Positions 46,449 to 54,982 of a stretch of 64,000 bases of DNA are shown here, one piece after another (positions within the stretch are counted from its first letter, which is position 1; every line of letters starts with the position of its first letter). Source of the DNA: a virus (taxonomy: Duplodnaviria; Heunggongvirae; Uroviricota; Caudoviricetes); IMG/VR virus record IMGVR_UViG_3300022468_000286, one strand, 5' to 3'. Both the position numbers and the translations under genes were made by a program. The notes beneath the pieces are model-generated. The model did not search any database. It was not told where the DNA came from and saw only the letters and a list, made by a program, of their open reading frames with translations.

Positions 46449-47309
46449 TTAAACTCCTTTCAACTGTTCAAGAACTGACCTGCGATTAACTTCAGAAAGC
46501 TCTTTCCAGAAACTCAAATCATACACATTAGTAATAAATGCAGGAACATCTTGCCACATTTTAGGCAAGGATTCTGCAAACTTCTGAGGGTTATTGTACA
46601 TGACTTCAGAGTTCTTTGCACTCAAACGCATCAACTTCTTCTTACCTACGTAGTAAGGAGTTTTGATCTTTGCTGGACTAAGACGATCAGGATCATCCTT
46701 TAGATTGTACACCATGAAACCTTCACCTGTATTAACCTCAGCGATTGCAAGGATACCTTTGAGAGTGCCTACGTACATATCCTCTGCTTTGCCGTAAGGG
46801 CCGAATGTACCGTCTACGCTGCGCCGACCAAGATAATGCGCCCCTACAGGCTCATCAACAATATGCGGATCGTCCTTATGAACAATCTCATAAAGCAATG
46901 TGCAGTCAGGAGCCAACCAGTTCAAGTCCGGCAGAAGTTCCTTAGCATATCCAACAAAATCACTCTTAGTGCTTCCTGTGGTGCTTACGATCAGTTCGCC
47001 TTCATGCTTACTGACGCATGCCATGAATCCGTTGTACTTCTTGTAAGCAATCACTGGAGTGTCCAGAGGAACATCCTTCCACCAGCCGTTTTCCAAGTAG
47101 TTAAAGCTCTTACGTGGTGCTGCAACTACAAGCTTGCCGGTGCGATTATCATAAGTCTGTCCACGGCATTCCAGAAGGCGTTCGTCAGTATCCCAGAGGT
47201 AATCAAACATTACACGACGAGCGTACTTGAACGTATCCAAGTGTCCGTTGGTGCTTACGGTCGCCAGCTTGTTAGCAACCAACTCTTGCATTTGTTCGTA
47301 TGTATTCAT
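46449..47309 (-). CDS. Covalent nucleotidyltransferase, RNA-ligase-like (Rnl1-type candidate)
   Basis: Motif I is AYKKYNGFMACV, motif IV EGFMVYN and motif V KIKTPYYVGKKK. 286 aa. Confidence 0.45.
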   Translation of the reverse strand: MNTYEQMQELVANKLATVSTNGHLDTFKYARRVMFDYLWDTDERLLECRGQTYDNRTGKLVVAAPRKSFNYLENGWWKDVPLDTPVIAYKKYNGFMACVSKHEGELIVSTTGSTKSDFVGYAKELLPDLNWLAPDCTLLYEIVHKDDPHIVDEPVGAHYLGRRSVDGTFGPYGKAEDMYVGTLKGILAIAEVNTGEGFMVYNLKDDPDRLSPAKIKTPYYVGKKKLMRLSAKNSEVMYNNPQKFAESLPKMWQDVPAFITNVYDLSFWKELSEVNRRSVLEQLKGV

Positions 47310-47659
47310 TATTTACTCCACTTCTTCGTTTTGTAGTCCCACCCGATTTCCTTGTAGAACTCCCATAAGTTTGGAAGTTCAATCAACGTAGTGTACTCCG
47401 GAGGCGGCTCTTTGCCTAGACTTTTCTTAAAAATTTCTATTGTCTGATAGAAATCATCCACATGCTGGAAATGATACATGAGTTCATAATCGTTCAGTTC
47501 TTTACCTCCCTTCCAGTTTCTTTGTTTTGTACTATGAAAGAAAGCACCAGAGCTTACACGGGAGCGATAACATATAGGATACTTCCCGTCATCCAGATCA
47601 AAAACAAATCTCCGATTGCTACGAGGATTGCGCCTAATTTCAGTAATAATTACTCGCAT
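47309..47659 (-). CDS. Hypothetical protein
   Basis: 116 aa. Confidence 0.3.
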   Translation of the reverse strand: MRVIITEIRRNPRSNRRFVFDLDDGKYPICYRSRVSSGAFFHSTKQRNWKGGKELNDYELMYHFQHVDDFYQTIEIFKKSLGKEPPPEYTTLIELPNLWEFYKEIGWDYKTKKWSK

Positions 47660-47730
47660 AGATTCCTTTCAAAAACAAAAACCCCCAATACAGATAATGT
47701 ACTGGAGGTTTCGTTGCCTGTCAAGGCTTT

Positions 47731-49155
47731 TTACACACTGGCGTTAGCACGTACTTGATCAAAGGTCATAGAGTTCAGCACCTGACCGTTGAGGTAACGG
47801 CAGATGAGAGCCCCGTCAGAGGTATCTTCACGAGTCAGAAGGTTATCCGTCACGTACTCACCGTCATTGCCCCGGAAGAGCCACACAAGGCCCTTCTTGG
47901 ATACCTTGCCCTTATCGGTAACTGGGTCTTTGAACACGTCACGCCAATCAACAGAAGCAAAGAATCCTTCGTCTGAATCAAGCTTTTCGTTATTACCGAC
48001 AGCACTGCACTTCATGGCGTACTTCTGGTCATCCCGTGTAACAGCTTGCAGCAATGCACCGCCTTGGCCGAAGGCGAGCATATCAGCAGAGTACCCGTAA
48101 ATGTCCACAGCAGTACGCAGGATGGTTTCAATGGTGAGCTTAGTAATACCGTCGCCCCAGATCATGCGAACGTTATTCAGAACCTTGTAGCCCTTATCGT
48201 TCGTCACATATCCGAAGTATTGTTCAAGGATTCGCAAGCATGTAGGTACGACCAAAGCAGGATCGCCGCTATCAGGACGGACAACAAGAGTAGCACAGCT
48301 TGCCTTGATTTCCTCTGCAAGTTCACCCCACATATGGCATGCCTTGTAGATATCATACGAATCAGATACGCATGCAAAGATAGCACCGGGCTTGGCAAAT
48401 TTCTTAATCATATTGCGGTAAGCATCCTTTTCACCGTCACGACCCCAAGAGGTAATCGTGCTGTGTTCGCTCGCGCCGATACTGAAAATAACAGGCTCGG
48501 TAGCGTCGTAATACTTAGCAGCAAACAGTTGACCAGTCATAGTGTCAGAGCCCATGAAATTTACGGCATGCGACAGAGAGCCAAGACCAGCAGTTTCAAA
48601 GCTAGAAGCACCACGAGCGCCAAAGTCATGCAGCTTGAAATCCAGACCAGAAACATCTCCGGACTTTTCAAGGTAGCTTTTGATTACCTTCTTGATTTCC
48701 CGAGAGTTAGTAGCGACAGTAGAAGTGTACCATGCAGCGCGAAGGAGAGCAGTTTCAATCCAAGTAGTTGCGAATGGAAATTCAGGGTCAGTATTGACAA
48801 CCACAGCAAGAACATTCTTTGTCTTGACAACAGAGCCATCTGGTACTGCAAATACAGCCACAGGCCAATAACCGTTGTACTTCTTGAACATCTTACGGAT
48901 TTGTTCTTCAGGGAATACACTACCGAAAGCAGGCCAAGTCTTCACTGCAAAGTCAATATCTTCTTCAGTGAAGGGCTTAGACAGATATTCACGGATGAAA
49001 GGCTGGACAAGTCCTGCGACCACTTCATCATAAATCCCACCGCGAGATTCAATGTAAGAGTAAACGTATTGCACATCTTCAGGGTATTGGGCAAACATGC
49101 CTACCTTGTAAGAGTCCGTGTTGAGAAGAATGGATTGTGTGTTGAAATTAGTCAT
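47731..49155 (-). CDS. nadV: Nicotinamide phosphoribosyltransferase (NAMPT/NadV)
   Basis: 474 aa type II PRTase with NAMPT-family organisation and DFGARGASS. Confidence 0.8.
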   Translation of the reverse strand: MTNFNTQSILLNTDSYKVGMFAQYPEDVQYVYSYIESRGGIYDEVVAGLVQPFIREYLSKPFTEEDIDFAVKTWPAFGSVFPEEQIRKMFKKYNGYWPVAVFAVPDGSVVKTKNVLAVVVNTDPEFPFATTWIETALLRAAWYTSTVATNSREIKKVIKSYLEKSGDVSGLDFKLHDFGARGASSFETAGLGSLSHAVNFMGSDTMTGQLFAAKYYDATEPVIFSIGASEHSTITSWGRDGEKDAYRNMIKKFAKPGAIFACVSDSYDIYKACHMWGELAEEIKASCATLVVRPDSGDPALVVPTCLRILEQYFGYVTNDKGYKVLNNVRMIWGDGITKLTIETILRTAVDIYGYSADMLAFGQGGALLQAVTRDDQKYAMKCSAVGNNEKLDSDEGFFASVDWRDVFKDPVTDKGKVSKKGLVWLFRGNDGEYVTDNLLTREDTSDGALICRYLNGQVLNSMTFDQVRANASV

Positions 49156-49165
49156 AGTAAGCTCC

Positions 49166-50194
49166 TTACTTTGGGTTGATAATGAAAGAGTTATAAAAAG
49201 CAGGCAAGGGTTTTGTCTGCGTCATCACCTGAATTATATCAGAATGATCGTCATGCAGTCTATAAGTATTTACTGCATCTGAGATAGGAACCCACTTGCA
49301 CTCTGCTGCGTCGTCAGCACCATTTGCTCTTGGCAACTTACCGTCAGCATCTGGTGCGATCTTGAAGTGTACCACAAAAGTGCTGCGAGGAATACCTGAG
49401 CCGCGTGTAGGGCTATCAAAAAGTTTAGTATTTACGATTGAACCTACCAGAACTTTCTCAGGAACACGAAGATTGGTTTCCTCGAAAGCCTCGCGGATGG
49501 CGCATTCTGTAAAAGTTTCAGTATTATTCTTGAATCCTCCCGGAAGAGCCCAAGTATTACGCCCCGGTGCGTACTTCCGACGAATCAGTAGAATATGTCC
49601 ATTGCATTCAATCAGAGCGTCTGAGCAGACAAAGTTCAAAGTCTCCGGATATGGGTAGTCCTTGAAACGATGATTTTCATTAATGAAATACTTGAAGTCC
49701 TCTACAACATCCTCTGGAAGTGCAAGTCCACTGTGTTCTTTTTGATTAACGAACATGCTCCATCGAATAGTAGTTGCATTGATATTACTTGAGCTTTCGA
49801 TATTATGAAAGCCATATTGCGGGAACCACTTCAGATAATCATTACCCTCTTTATCAAACCCAAAGAGAATCCTCTTGCCGAATGATTTATGCATATTGAC
49901 GATCTCTTGTACATCAAGAATCCACTGAGTATCACTGTACTTATAGTCATTCACAGGGATTACCTGAGCGTCTTCAAAATCCAGACCATTCTTATCTAGA
50001 AAAGCCTGAATCAGTTCCTTGCGCTCGGAGTAAGTCCAAGGGTTTTTGATTGTTCGTGCTACGTTAGCACTACCTACGACGATTAGAAGCTTGTCGCAGA
50101 GCTTCTTAGCCTTCAGGATAATCTCCTTGTGTCCTTCGTGCAGAGGTTGGAATCGACCAATAATGATTCCGAGAGTCTTTGTTTTTTCTTGCAT
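49166..50194 (-). CDS. Bifunctional NMN adenylyltransferase / Nudix hydrolase (NadM-Nudix type)
   Basis: The N-terminal GIIIGRFQPLHEGH nucleotidyltransferase motif is present. The Nudix box is LPGGFKNNTETFTECAIREAFEETNL. Confidence 0.8.
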   Translation of the reverse strand: MQEKTKTLGIIIGRFQPLHEGHKEIILKAKKLCDKLLIVVGSANVARTIKNPWTYSERKELIQAFLDKNGLDFEDAQVIPVNDYKYSDTQWILDVQEIVNMHKSFGKRILFGFDKEGNDYLKWFPQYGFHNIESSSNINATTIRWSMFVNQKEHSGLALPEDVVEDFKYFINENHRFKDYPYPETLNFVCSDALIECNGHILLIRRKYAPGRNTWALPGGFKNNTETFTECAIREAFEETNLRVPEKVLVGSIVNTKLFDSPTRGSGIPRSTFVVHFKIAPDADGKLPRANGADDAAECKWVPISDAVNTYRLHDDHSDIIQVMTQTKPLPAFYNSFIINPK

Positions 50195-50222
50195 ATAAGC
50201 TCCTTAGTATGCGGTTGTTGTC

Positions 50223-50609
50223 TTAGATTTCCTGAACTGCTGCTGACTTGAAGCCTGCCTTGATTTGCAGGACAATAAATATCCTCTCAGAATTCAATCC
50301 AGCAAGACGGGCAGCTTCGGACTTCGCAGAGCTTTCTGTATCGTGCGACAGTGGATTTTGAGATACGCTGAATTTACCAATTGAATCAATACTCCCCACA
50401 ATATACTTACGATCTGCTACCATTTTAGTGTAATCTTTCATTTCATTCTCCTTTTCATCTGTGATTTTTATGAACCTGTGCTTTGAATGCCAAACCCAGA
50501 ATTCACCGTTCCATATATGATATTTATCATCTGTACTTTCTACCGCGAAATAAATCTGGCCGAGAGATAGGAAAATTGAACCAGTTGAATCAACGCATTG
50601 TACTCTCAT
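50223..50609 (-). CDS. Hypothetical protein
   Basis: 128 aa. Confidence 0.3.
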   Translation of the reverse strand: MRVQCVDSTGSIFLSLGQIYFAVESTDDKYHIWNGEFWVWHSKHRFIKITDEKENEMKDYTKMVADRKYIVGSIDSIGKFSVSQNPLSHDTESSAKSEAARLAGLNSERIFIVLQIKAGFKSAAVQEI

Positions 50610-50617
50610 AGTCTACC

Positions 50618-51070
50618 TCAAAGTTTAACCGAAAACCTGTTACGCTGGCGCTGAAGTACAGCATCGGGAACATCATGTACTGACATTGTATCATTACGAT
50701 TCTCAATAATCAAGGACACAAAGTTAGCATTGTATTCTTTTGCAATATCTTGACACACCTTCACTTCCGCTTCGGTAGTGCTGGTGTTAGACACTACGAC
50801 ATTCATACCGTATTTCAGGGCCAAGCCTGTCGTGGCTTGGCACCAAGAATGCGCCTGATGCAGCTTTGATCGGTCAAACGTATAAACTCCGTCATTCATG
50901 AAGTACATATCTGTTTCAATATGCCAAGCACCAATAGCATCGGCAAAAGCCTTAGCAAAGGTACTCTTACCTGCTCCGCTAACGCCGCGAACAAGATAAA
51001 GAGTAGATTTAGTTTTATCAAGCATTGATTTTCTCCTTTTGACTGATCTTGTTGGCAGTAATGACATCAA
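50618..51070 (-). CDS. Polynucleotide 5'-kinase-like P-loop kinase (T4 Pnk kinase-domain-like)
   Basis: The Walker A is GVSGAGKST. The DMYF, VVVSNTST and HDVPDAVLQRQRNRF motifs occur in the same order as the T4 Pnk kinase domain. It is kinase-only, 150 aa. Confidence 0.5.
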   Translation of the reverse strand: MMSLLPTRSVKRRKSMLDKTKSTLYLVRGVSGAGKSTFAKAFADAIGAWHIETDMYFMNDGVYTFDRSKLHQAHSWCQATTGLALKYGMNVVVSNTSTTEAEVKVCQDIAKEYNANFVSLIIENRNDTMSVHDVPDAVLQRQRNRFSVKL

Positions 51071-51332
51071 TAGCTGGCGGTTTCCCGCACTTCCACGTCA
51101 ATGTTTCATCAATTGCATCTTCATCAGGGTTTCCGATAGGTTTCAGTACGCTGTCTTTAATAGATTCATATCGTTCACCTTTTGGGTTATACAGGGCGCC
51201 ATCGTAGTTCCAGAAATGCCCGCGTTGACCTAGATCAAGTGTAGTAATGAAAACAATCTTCCCATAATGTTCAGAACCATACTGACTCGGACGGGTCGTA
51301 ATGATTGCCAACTCGTTACCCTTGCAATTCAT
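51018..51332 (-). CDS. Hypothetical protein (104 aa from MNCKG start)
   Basis: ATG at 51332 with RBS aaaggag. The ORF-track N-extension overlaps the deaminase gene. Confidence 0.3.
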   Translation of the reverse strand: MNCKGNELAIITTRPSQYGSEHYGKIVFITTLDLGQRGHFWNYDGALYNPKGERYESIKDSVLKPIGNPDEDAIDETLTWKCGKPPAIDVITANKISQKEKINA

Positions 51333-51333
51333 A

Positions 51334-51783
51334 CTAATCTCCTTTAAAAATTTCCACAAGTATACCAGCTTCACGAAGCAAGTCAAGACCTTTTGTATCA
51401 CGGTAAGGCTCTTTGTATATCAACCTAGTGATACCAGCATTTATCATCATAGCAGAGCATGGAACGCAGGGCGACAGTGTAACATACATTGCAGACCCAA
51501 GGCAAGAGACTCCTTCACGAGCAGCTTTCATTATACAGTTCAATTCAGCATGAATAACTTCTGGTTTTGTAATAAGTTCTGGAGGGTTCCAGTGTCCCCA
51601 CTTAAAAATCTGATCTTCGCACTCGTTAGAAAGCCCTATAGGCGTTCCATTGAATCCAGCTAGGCATACCCCTTGGCTAGTCACCAAACAGGCCCCTACG
51701 GTGGCTCTACGGGCCTTGCTGAGCTTTGCGTGCAGCATTGCTACACCCATGTATGTACTATCAAGTTCTTTTTGATTAGCCAC
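51334..51783 (-). CDS. dCMP deaminase
   Basis: The zinc motifs are HAELNCIMKAA and SPCVPCSAMMINAGI. Confidence 0.8.
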   Translation of the reverse strand: MANQKELDSTYMGVAMLHAKLSKARRATVGACLVTSQGVCLAGFNGTPIGLSNECEDQIFKWGHWNPPELITKPEVIHAELNCIMKAAREGVSCLGSAMYVTLSPCVPCSAMMINAGITRLIYKEPYRDTKGLDLLREAGILVEIFKGD

Positions 51784-52217
51784 TAAGATTTCTCCAAAGA
51801 TTCAAAAACTTTAAATTTCCTATCCAGTAGCCACAGCAAGCCATCATCCCCGTAATTATAATCATCAGGGATTCTCCAGCAGTGAGCTTTTCTATGCACC
51901 TCATCCAGCAAATCATGATTGGTATTTGCAAGATGCTTGCGGACACTGTATTCATTATCTTCGTTCATGAAGATTATATGGTCAGCCCACCATATCAAAT
52001 TCTCAGAGATAGGAATCAGTGCAAGCTTGAGATTGCTACCGCAAGAGCGAGCGTTATATCCGCGCTTAATAGCCTCTGCTGCAGCCGTAGGACTACGCAG
52101 AAGACCAACAGTGCATACGAAAAGAAGACGCTTGGCTGGACCTTGCGAATGATTATTATAAGGGCAACCATTAGCGAATAGCTTCTCTGTTTTTGTGATA
52201 TACGGCTCTACTGACAC
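51783..52217 (-). CDS. Low-molecular-weight protein tyrosine phosphatase / ArsC-fold phosphatase-like
   Basis: The CX5R(S/T) P-loop is LLFVCTVGLLRSPTAAAEA. 144 aa. Confidence 0.5.
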   Translation of the reverse strand: MSVEPYITKTEKLFANGCPYNNHSQGPAKRLLFVCTVGLLRSPTAAAEAIKRGYNARSCGSNLKLALIPISENLIWWADHIIFMNEDNEYSVRKHLANTNHDLLDEVHRKAHCWRIPDDYNYGDDGLLWLLDRKFKVFESLEKS

Positions 52218-52435
52218 GGAATACCTCCACCATTTTCATTAAGGATTTGCTGAACAGTTGTTTGCCGGGCTACATTGTGAAGATATCCAGCAATGCAGCG
52301 CTGCTCCACTGGTACTTGATATGTGTGCTGCATTGGCTCTTTATTTTGTGGAAAGAGGATTGTAGCTGCGATAGCAACAATCACTATAGCTATCAGCATT
52401 TCAATAAATCCAAATCCTTTTTGTAGGAATTTCAT
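52208..52435 (-). CDS. Type IV pilin / pseudopilin-like protein
   Basis: The class III signal is MKFLQKG|FGFIEMLIAIVIVAIAA, with Glu at +5 and a hydrophobic helix. The C-terminal Cys pair is RCIAGY...IPCQ. 75 aa. Confidence 0.6.
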   Translation of the reverse strand: MKFLQKGFGFIEMLIAIVIVAIAATILFPQNKEPMQHTYQVPVEQRCIAGYLHNVARQTTVQQILNENGGGIPCQ

Positions 52436-52496
52436 ATAACCTCCAAGAATAAACCCTGAGTATACCAGAAGTGTACTCAGGGTTAAGGCTTTAAGA

Positions 52497-53297
52497 TTAC
52501 TTGTTGATATTACCCAGAGCAGTCAGATTGCTAGGGATAATGATCGTCTGTACCTTGCCAGCCTTAACAGCTTCTGCAATCAGCAGTTGAGACTGAGCCT
52601 GCATGTAAGCAATACTTTGACCTGCATTCTCAGACAGAGCCTTTTGGCGCTTTGCTTCGGCTTCAGCAATTGCAATTTCGTTTTGCTTAATCTTCAGTTC
52701 ATTCTGAGACTTCACAAGGTCAGTAGCAGCCTTGAGAATATCAGCATTAGGCTGAATATTCCGAACCTGCACCGCAGACAGAATCAAGGAAGTATCAAGC
52801 TTTTCTTCACGAAGTTGCGCTTGAACTAGATCACGAATCTCAGCTTCAATCTTCACTCGGCTATCAGCGACTTCCAAGGACTTGTAGCCACGGACGGACT
52901 TGTAAACAGCGTTATTGACCAAGGTATTCATGTAATTATACATCAGGTAAACATCCCCGTCAGTTCCCTTCATGTGAAAACTCTTGGCTTTATTCTTGTA
53001 AAGCTCTGCAACAGCAGTAGGAGACACGCTATACACGATGCTTACATCAAAATCCGCCAGAGCAGAGTTATCAGCCGTCAAGGGCTTTGCATCATTAAGA
53101 GGGACAGTCAAATCTCGAATTGGGAATTGCAGAACATCCCCAAACAGAACTTGATGGTATCCAGTGTTGAGTTCATTACCCTCGATAGTACCGCCAGTGG
53201 TAACACGCACACCGATTTCGCCGTCAGTAATCCGTGTGCAACCAGTGCTAAATGCAGCAGCAACAACCAGAGCAGCAATCATAAAAAACTTCTTCAT
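52497..53297 (-). CDS. SPFH/band-7 (stomatin/HflK/C-like) lipoprotein
   Basis: The start MKKFFMIAALVVAAAFSTGC has an RBS aaaggag. The SPFH core and a C-terminal coiled-coil (EAEAKRQKALSE...) follow. The ORF-track start at 53360 is an extension. Confidence 0.55.
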   Translation of the reverse strand: MKKFFMIAALVVAAAFSTGCTRITDGEIGVRVTTGGTIEGNELNTGYHQVLFGDVLQFPIRDLTVPLNDAKPLTADNSALADFDVSIVYSVSPTAVAELYKNKAKSFHMKGTDGDVYLMYNYMNTLVNNAVYKSVRGYKSLEVADSRVKIEAEIRDLVQAQLREEKLDTSLILSAVQVRNIQPNADILKAATDLVKSQNELKIKQNEIAIAEAEAKRQKALSENAGQSIAYMQAQSQLLIAEAVKAGKVQTIIIPSNLTALGNINK

Positions 53298-53307
53298 ATA
53301 AACTCCT

Positions 53308-53505
53308 TTAAAGAAAAATAACAATACACATTGTAGCAAGTGCAGCAAGGATTGCAACACCTACATATAGAAACAAAGCTTTTACTGGAACTTGTGGAAG
53401 GTATTTCTTCACTCCATAGTAAATAAAAACCATTAGTACATATACTAGAGTGAAACTCAGAAGTACTTTAATCAAAGGAAGCATAGTATTATGCGTTGGT
53501 GTCAA
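53308..53505 (-). CDS. Small 2-TMD membrane protein (NfeD-like partner candidate)
   Basis: 65 aa hydrophobic, immediately upstream of the SPFH gene. Confidence 0.35.
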   Translation of the reverse strand: MTPTHNTMLPLIKVLLSFTLVYVLMVFIYYGVKKYLPQVPVKALFLYVGVAILAALATMCIVIFL

Positions 53506-53881
53506 CCAGAATCACACCGCTTTGCATAAAAGCATTTGTCATGTCAGGTGAAGACATAACACAGTGCTTCATGCTGTGCTGGAGTTCAGCCATCTTCTTG
53601 AGCTTGACCTTGAACTTTTCGGCTGACTTGTATAGCGTCGTGGCCCCCTGATGATTGCCGTAACTCTTATACAGGCGCGCAATACCCTGAGCCTCAGCAA
53701 TCATTTTTTCCAGAGCCCTGATAAGTTCCGAATTAAGCTTTCGCTGCAGTTGAACTTCTGCTTCAGTCAGAAGGGCAAAGCGGTGATCAGTGCGAGGCTG
53801 CTTCATAGGGAGAATGACTTGTGAATGTCGCACGGTGAACACCGGATCATGGACGGGTTGTGTTTGGTCTTGGTCTTGCAT
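53489..53881 (-). CDS. Hypothetical protein (start MQDQDQ)
   Basis: RBS GGAG lies 5 nt before ATG 53881. Confidence 0.3.
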   Translation of the reverse strand: MQDQDQTQPVHDPVFTVRHSQVILPMKQPRTDHRFALLTEAEVQLQRKLNSELIRALEKMIAEAQGIARLYKSYGNHQGATTLYKSAEKFKVKLKKMAELQHSMKHCVMSSPDMTNAFMQSGVILVDTNA

Positions 53882-53882
53882 G

Positions 53883-54050
53883 TTAACTCCTTTTTGGTTG
53901 AAATAAAGCACAGGTATTTGTTTGCTTAAGTTGTTTCGATAGAGCGTATTGTACGCCTTTTTGGAAGGCTGTCAACACTTGTTCTTTGTGTGGTGTATTT
54001 GCAACACTATCCAAGATAGCTTGCTTTTCTTTATGTGTAAATTTAATCAT
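53883..54050 (-). CDS. Small hypothetical protein (55 aa, not in ORF track)
   Basis: ATG with RBS gagg, encoding MIKFTHKEKQAILDSVANTPHKEQVLTAFQKGVQYALSKQ... Confidence 0.25.
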   Translation of the reverse strand: MIKFTHKEKQAILDSVANTPHKEQVLTAFQKGVQYALSKQLKQTNTCALFQPKRS

Positions 54051-54057
54051 ATAGACC

Positions 54058-54630
54058 TCAATAGTTCATAGCATCTGCAAGATTCACAAAGAAGTGAATA
54101 CCAGATTCACACTGTCTTTGATTAAAAGAAAAACCATCCTCTGGCGCTACAGAAGTACCAGTAATGTACTGAAATGTATAGTCAAAGCCAGATATAGTTT
54201 TATTCACTTCTTTGTAAAGTTCAGTCTCAAACGCACCGGGACCTGTACCGTCATACATGTGAAATCTTTGACCAACAAGAAACTGTTTATGCACAATAGC
54301 TTCTGATGCACGCATCTTCCGATAATCAATGGAGTCCCGATAATTATTTGAGGCGTAAACAACTGCCCCCTTGGGGATCAGTAAAGCAACAATACAGCGT
54401 TCCATATGTGCGATAGAATTTGTGCGCTTCCAAACTTTAATATCGTTAGTAAGTTTGAAAAAATCCTTCCTATGTGCCTTAACAGAATTCTGCTTGATGT
54501 ATGCCACACATTCTTGCAATGAAAGACATTGAGTTCGGATGATGTTTTTAGACATATTACTCCTTTGACTTGTTAATTGACTTAGCCTTGATTTTAGCTT
54601 GTTCTGTAGCTTCGTCAAGTACTTCTTCAA
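54058..54630 (-). CDS. Hypothetical protein
   Basis: 190 aa. Confidence 0.3.
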   Translation of the reverse strand: MKKYLTKLQNKLKSRLSQLTSQRSNMSKNIIRTQCLSLQECVAYIKQNSVKAHRKDFFKLTNDIKVWKRTNSIAHMERCIVALLIPKGAVVYASNNYRDSIDYRKMRASEAIVHKQFLVGQRFHMYDGTGPGAFETELYKEVNKTISGFDYTFQYITGTSVAPEDGFSFNQRQCESGIHFFVNLADAMNY

Positions 54631-54958
54631 GTTTAATTTCTACAATCTTTCCAAGTTTCTTTGCAGAATCAGAGGTCACAGCCATCTGTCCGACATAAGC
54701 ACCAGCCATCATCCAACCTGTTTTAGAGGTAGGGACAATCGCTGACAGTATTGTAGCCAGAATCAGGACAGGGACTACTCGAAATAGCCACTTCTTCACC
54801 ACAGCGTGGGCATTTGCGTCAGTTCGAGAGTCAAAAGTCACAACAGTAGCAGCAAGAAGAAGTGCAGAAAGAATTGAACTGATAGTAATAAACCCATTCA
54901 ATACAGCATGAATACCCGAGAGAGTCGAGATAAGCCAAACAATCAATGCTAATTCCAT
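54557..54958 (-). CDS. Membrane protein (multi-TMD)
   Basis: 133 aa hydrophobic. Its leader is aacaaacaaaggag. Confidence 0.35.
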   Translation of the reverse strand: MELALIVWLISTLSGIHAVLNGFITISSILSALLLAATVVTFDSRTDANAHAVVKKWLFRVVPVLILATILSAIVPTSKTGWMMAGAYVGQMAVTSDSAKKLGKIVEIKLEEVLDEATEQAKIKAKSINKSKE

Positions 54959-54982
54959 TATAACTCCTTTGTTTGTTCTCTG

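Noticed and set aside
48046-49179. 377-aa + strand ORF antisense to the NAMPT gene
   Set aside because: It is antisense to a highly conserved enzyme gene. There is no RBS, and its amino-acid composition (Ser/Arg/Leu-rich) is typical of antisense frames.
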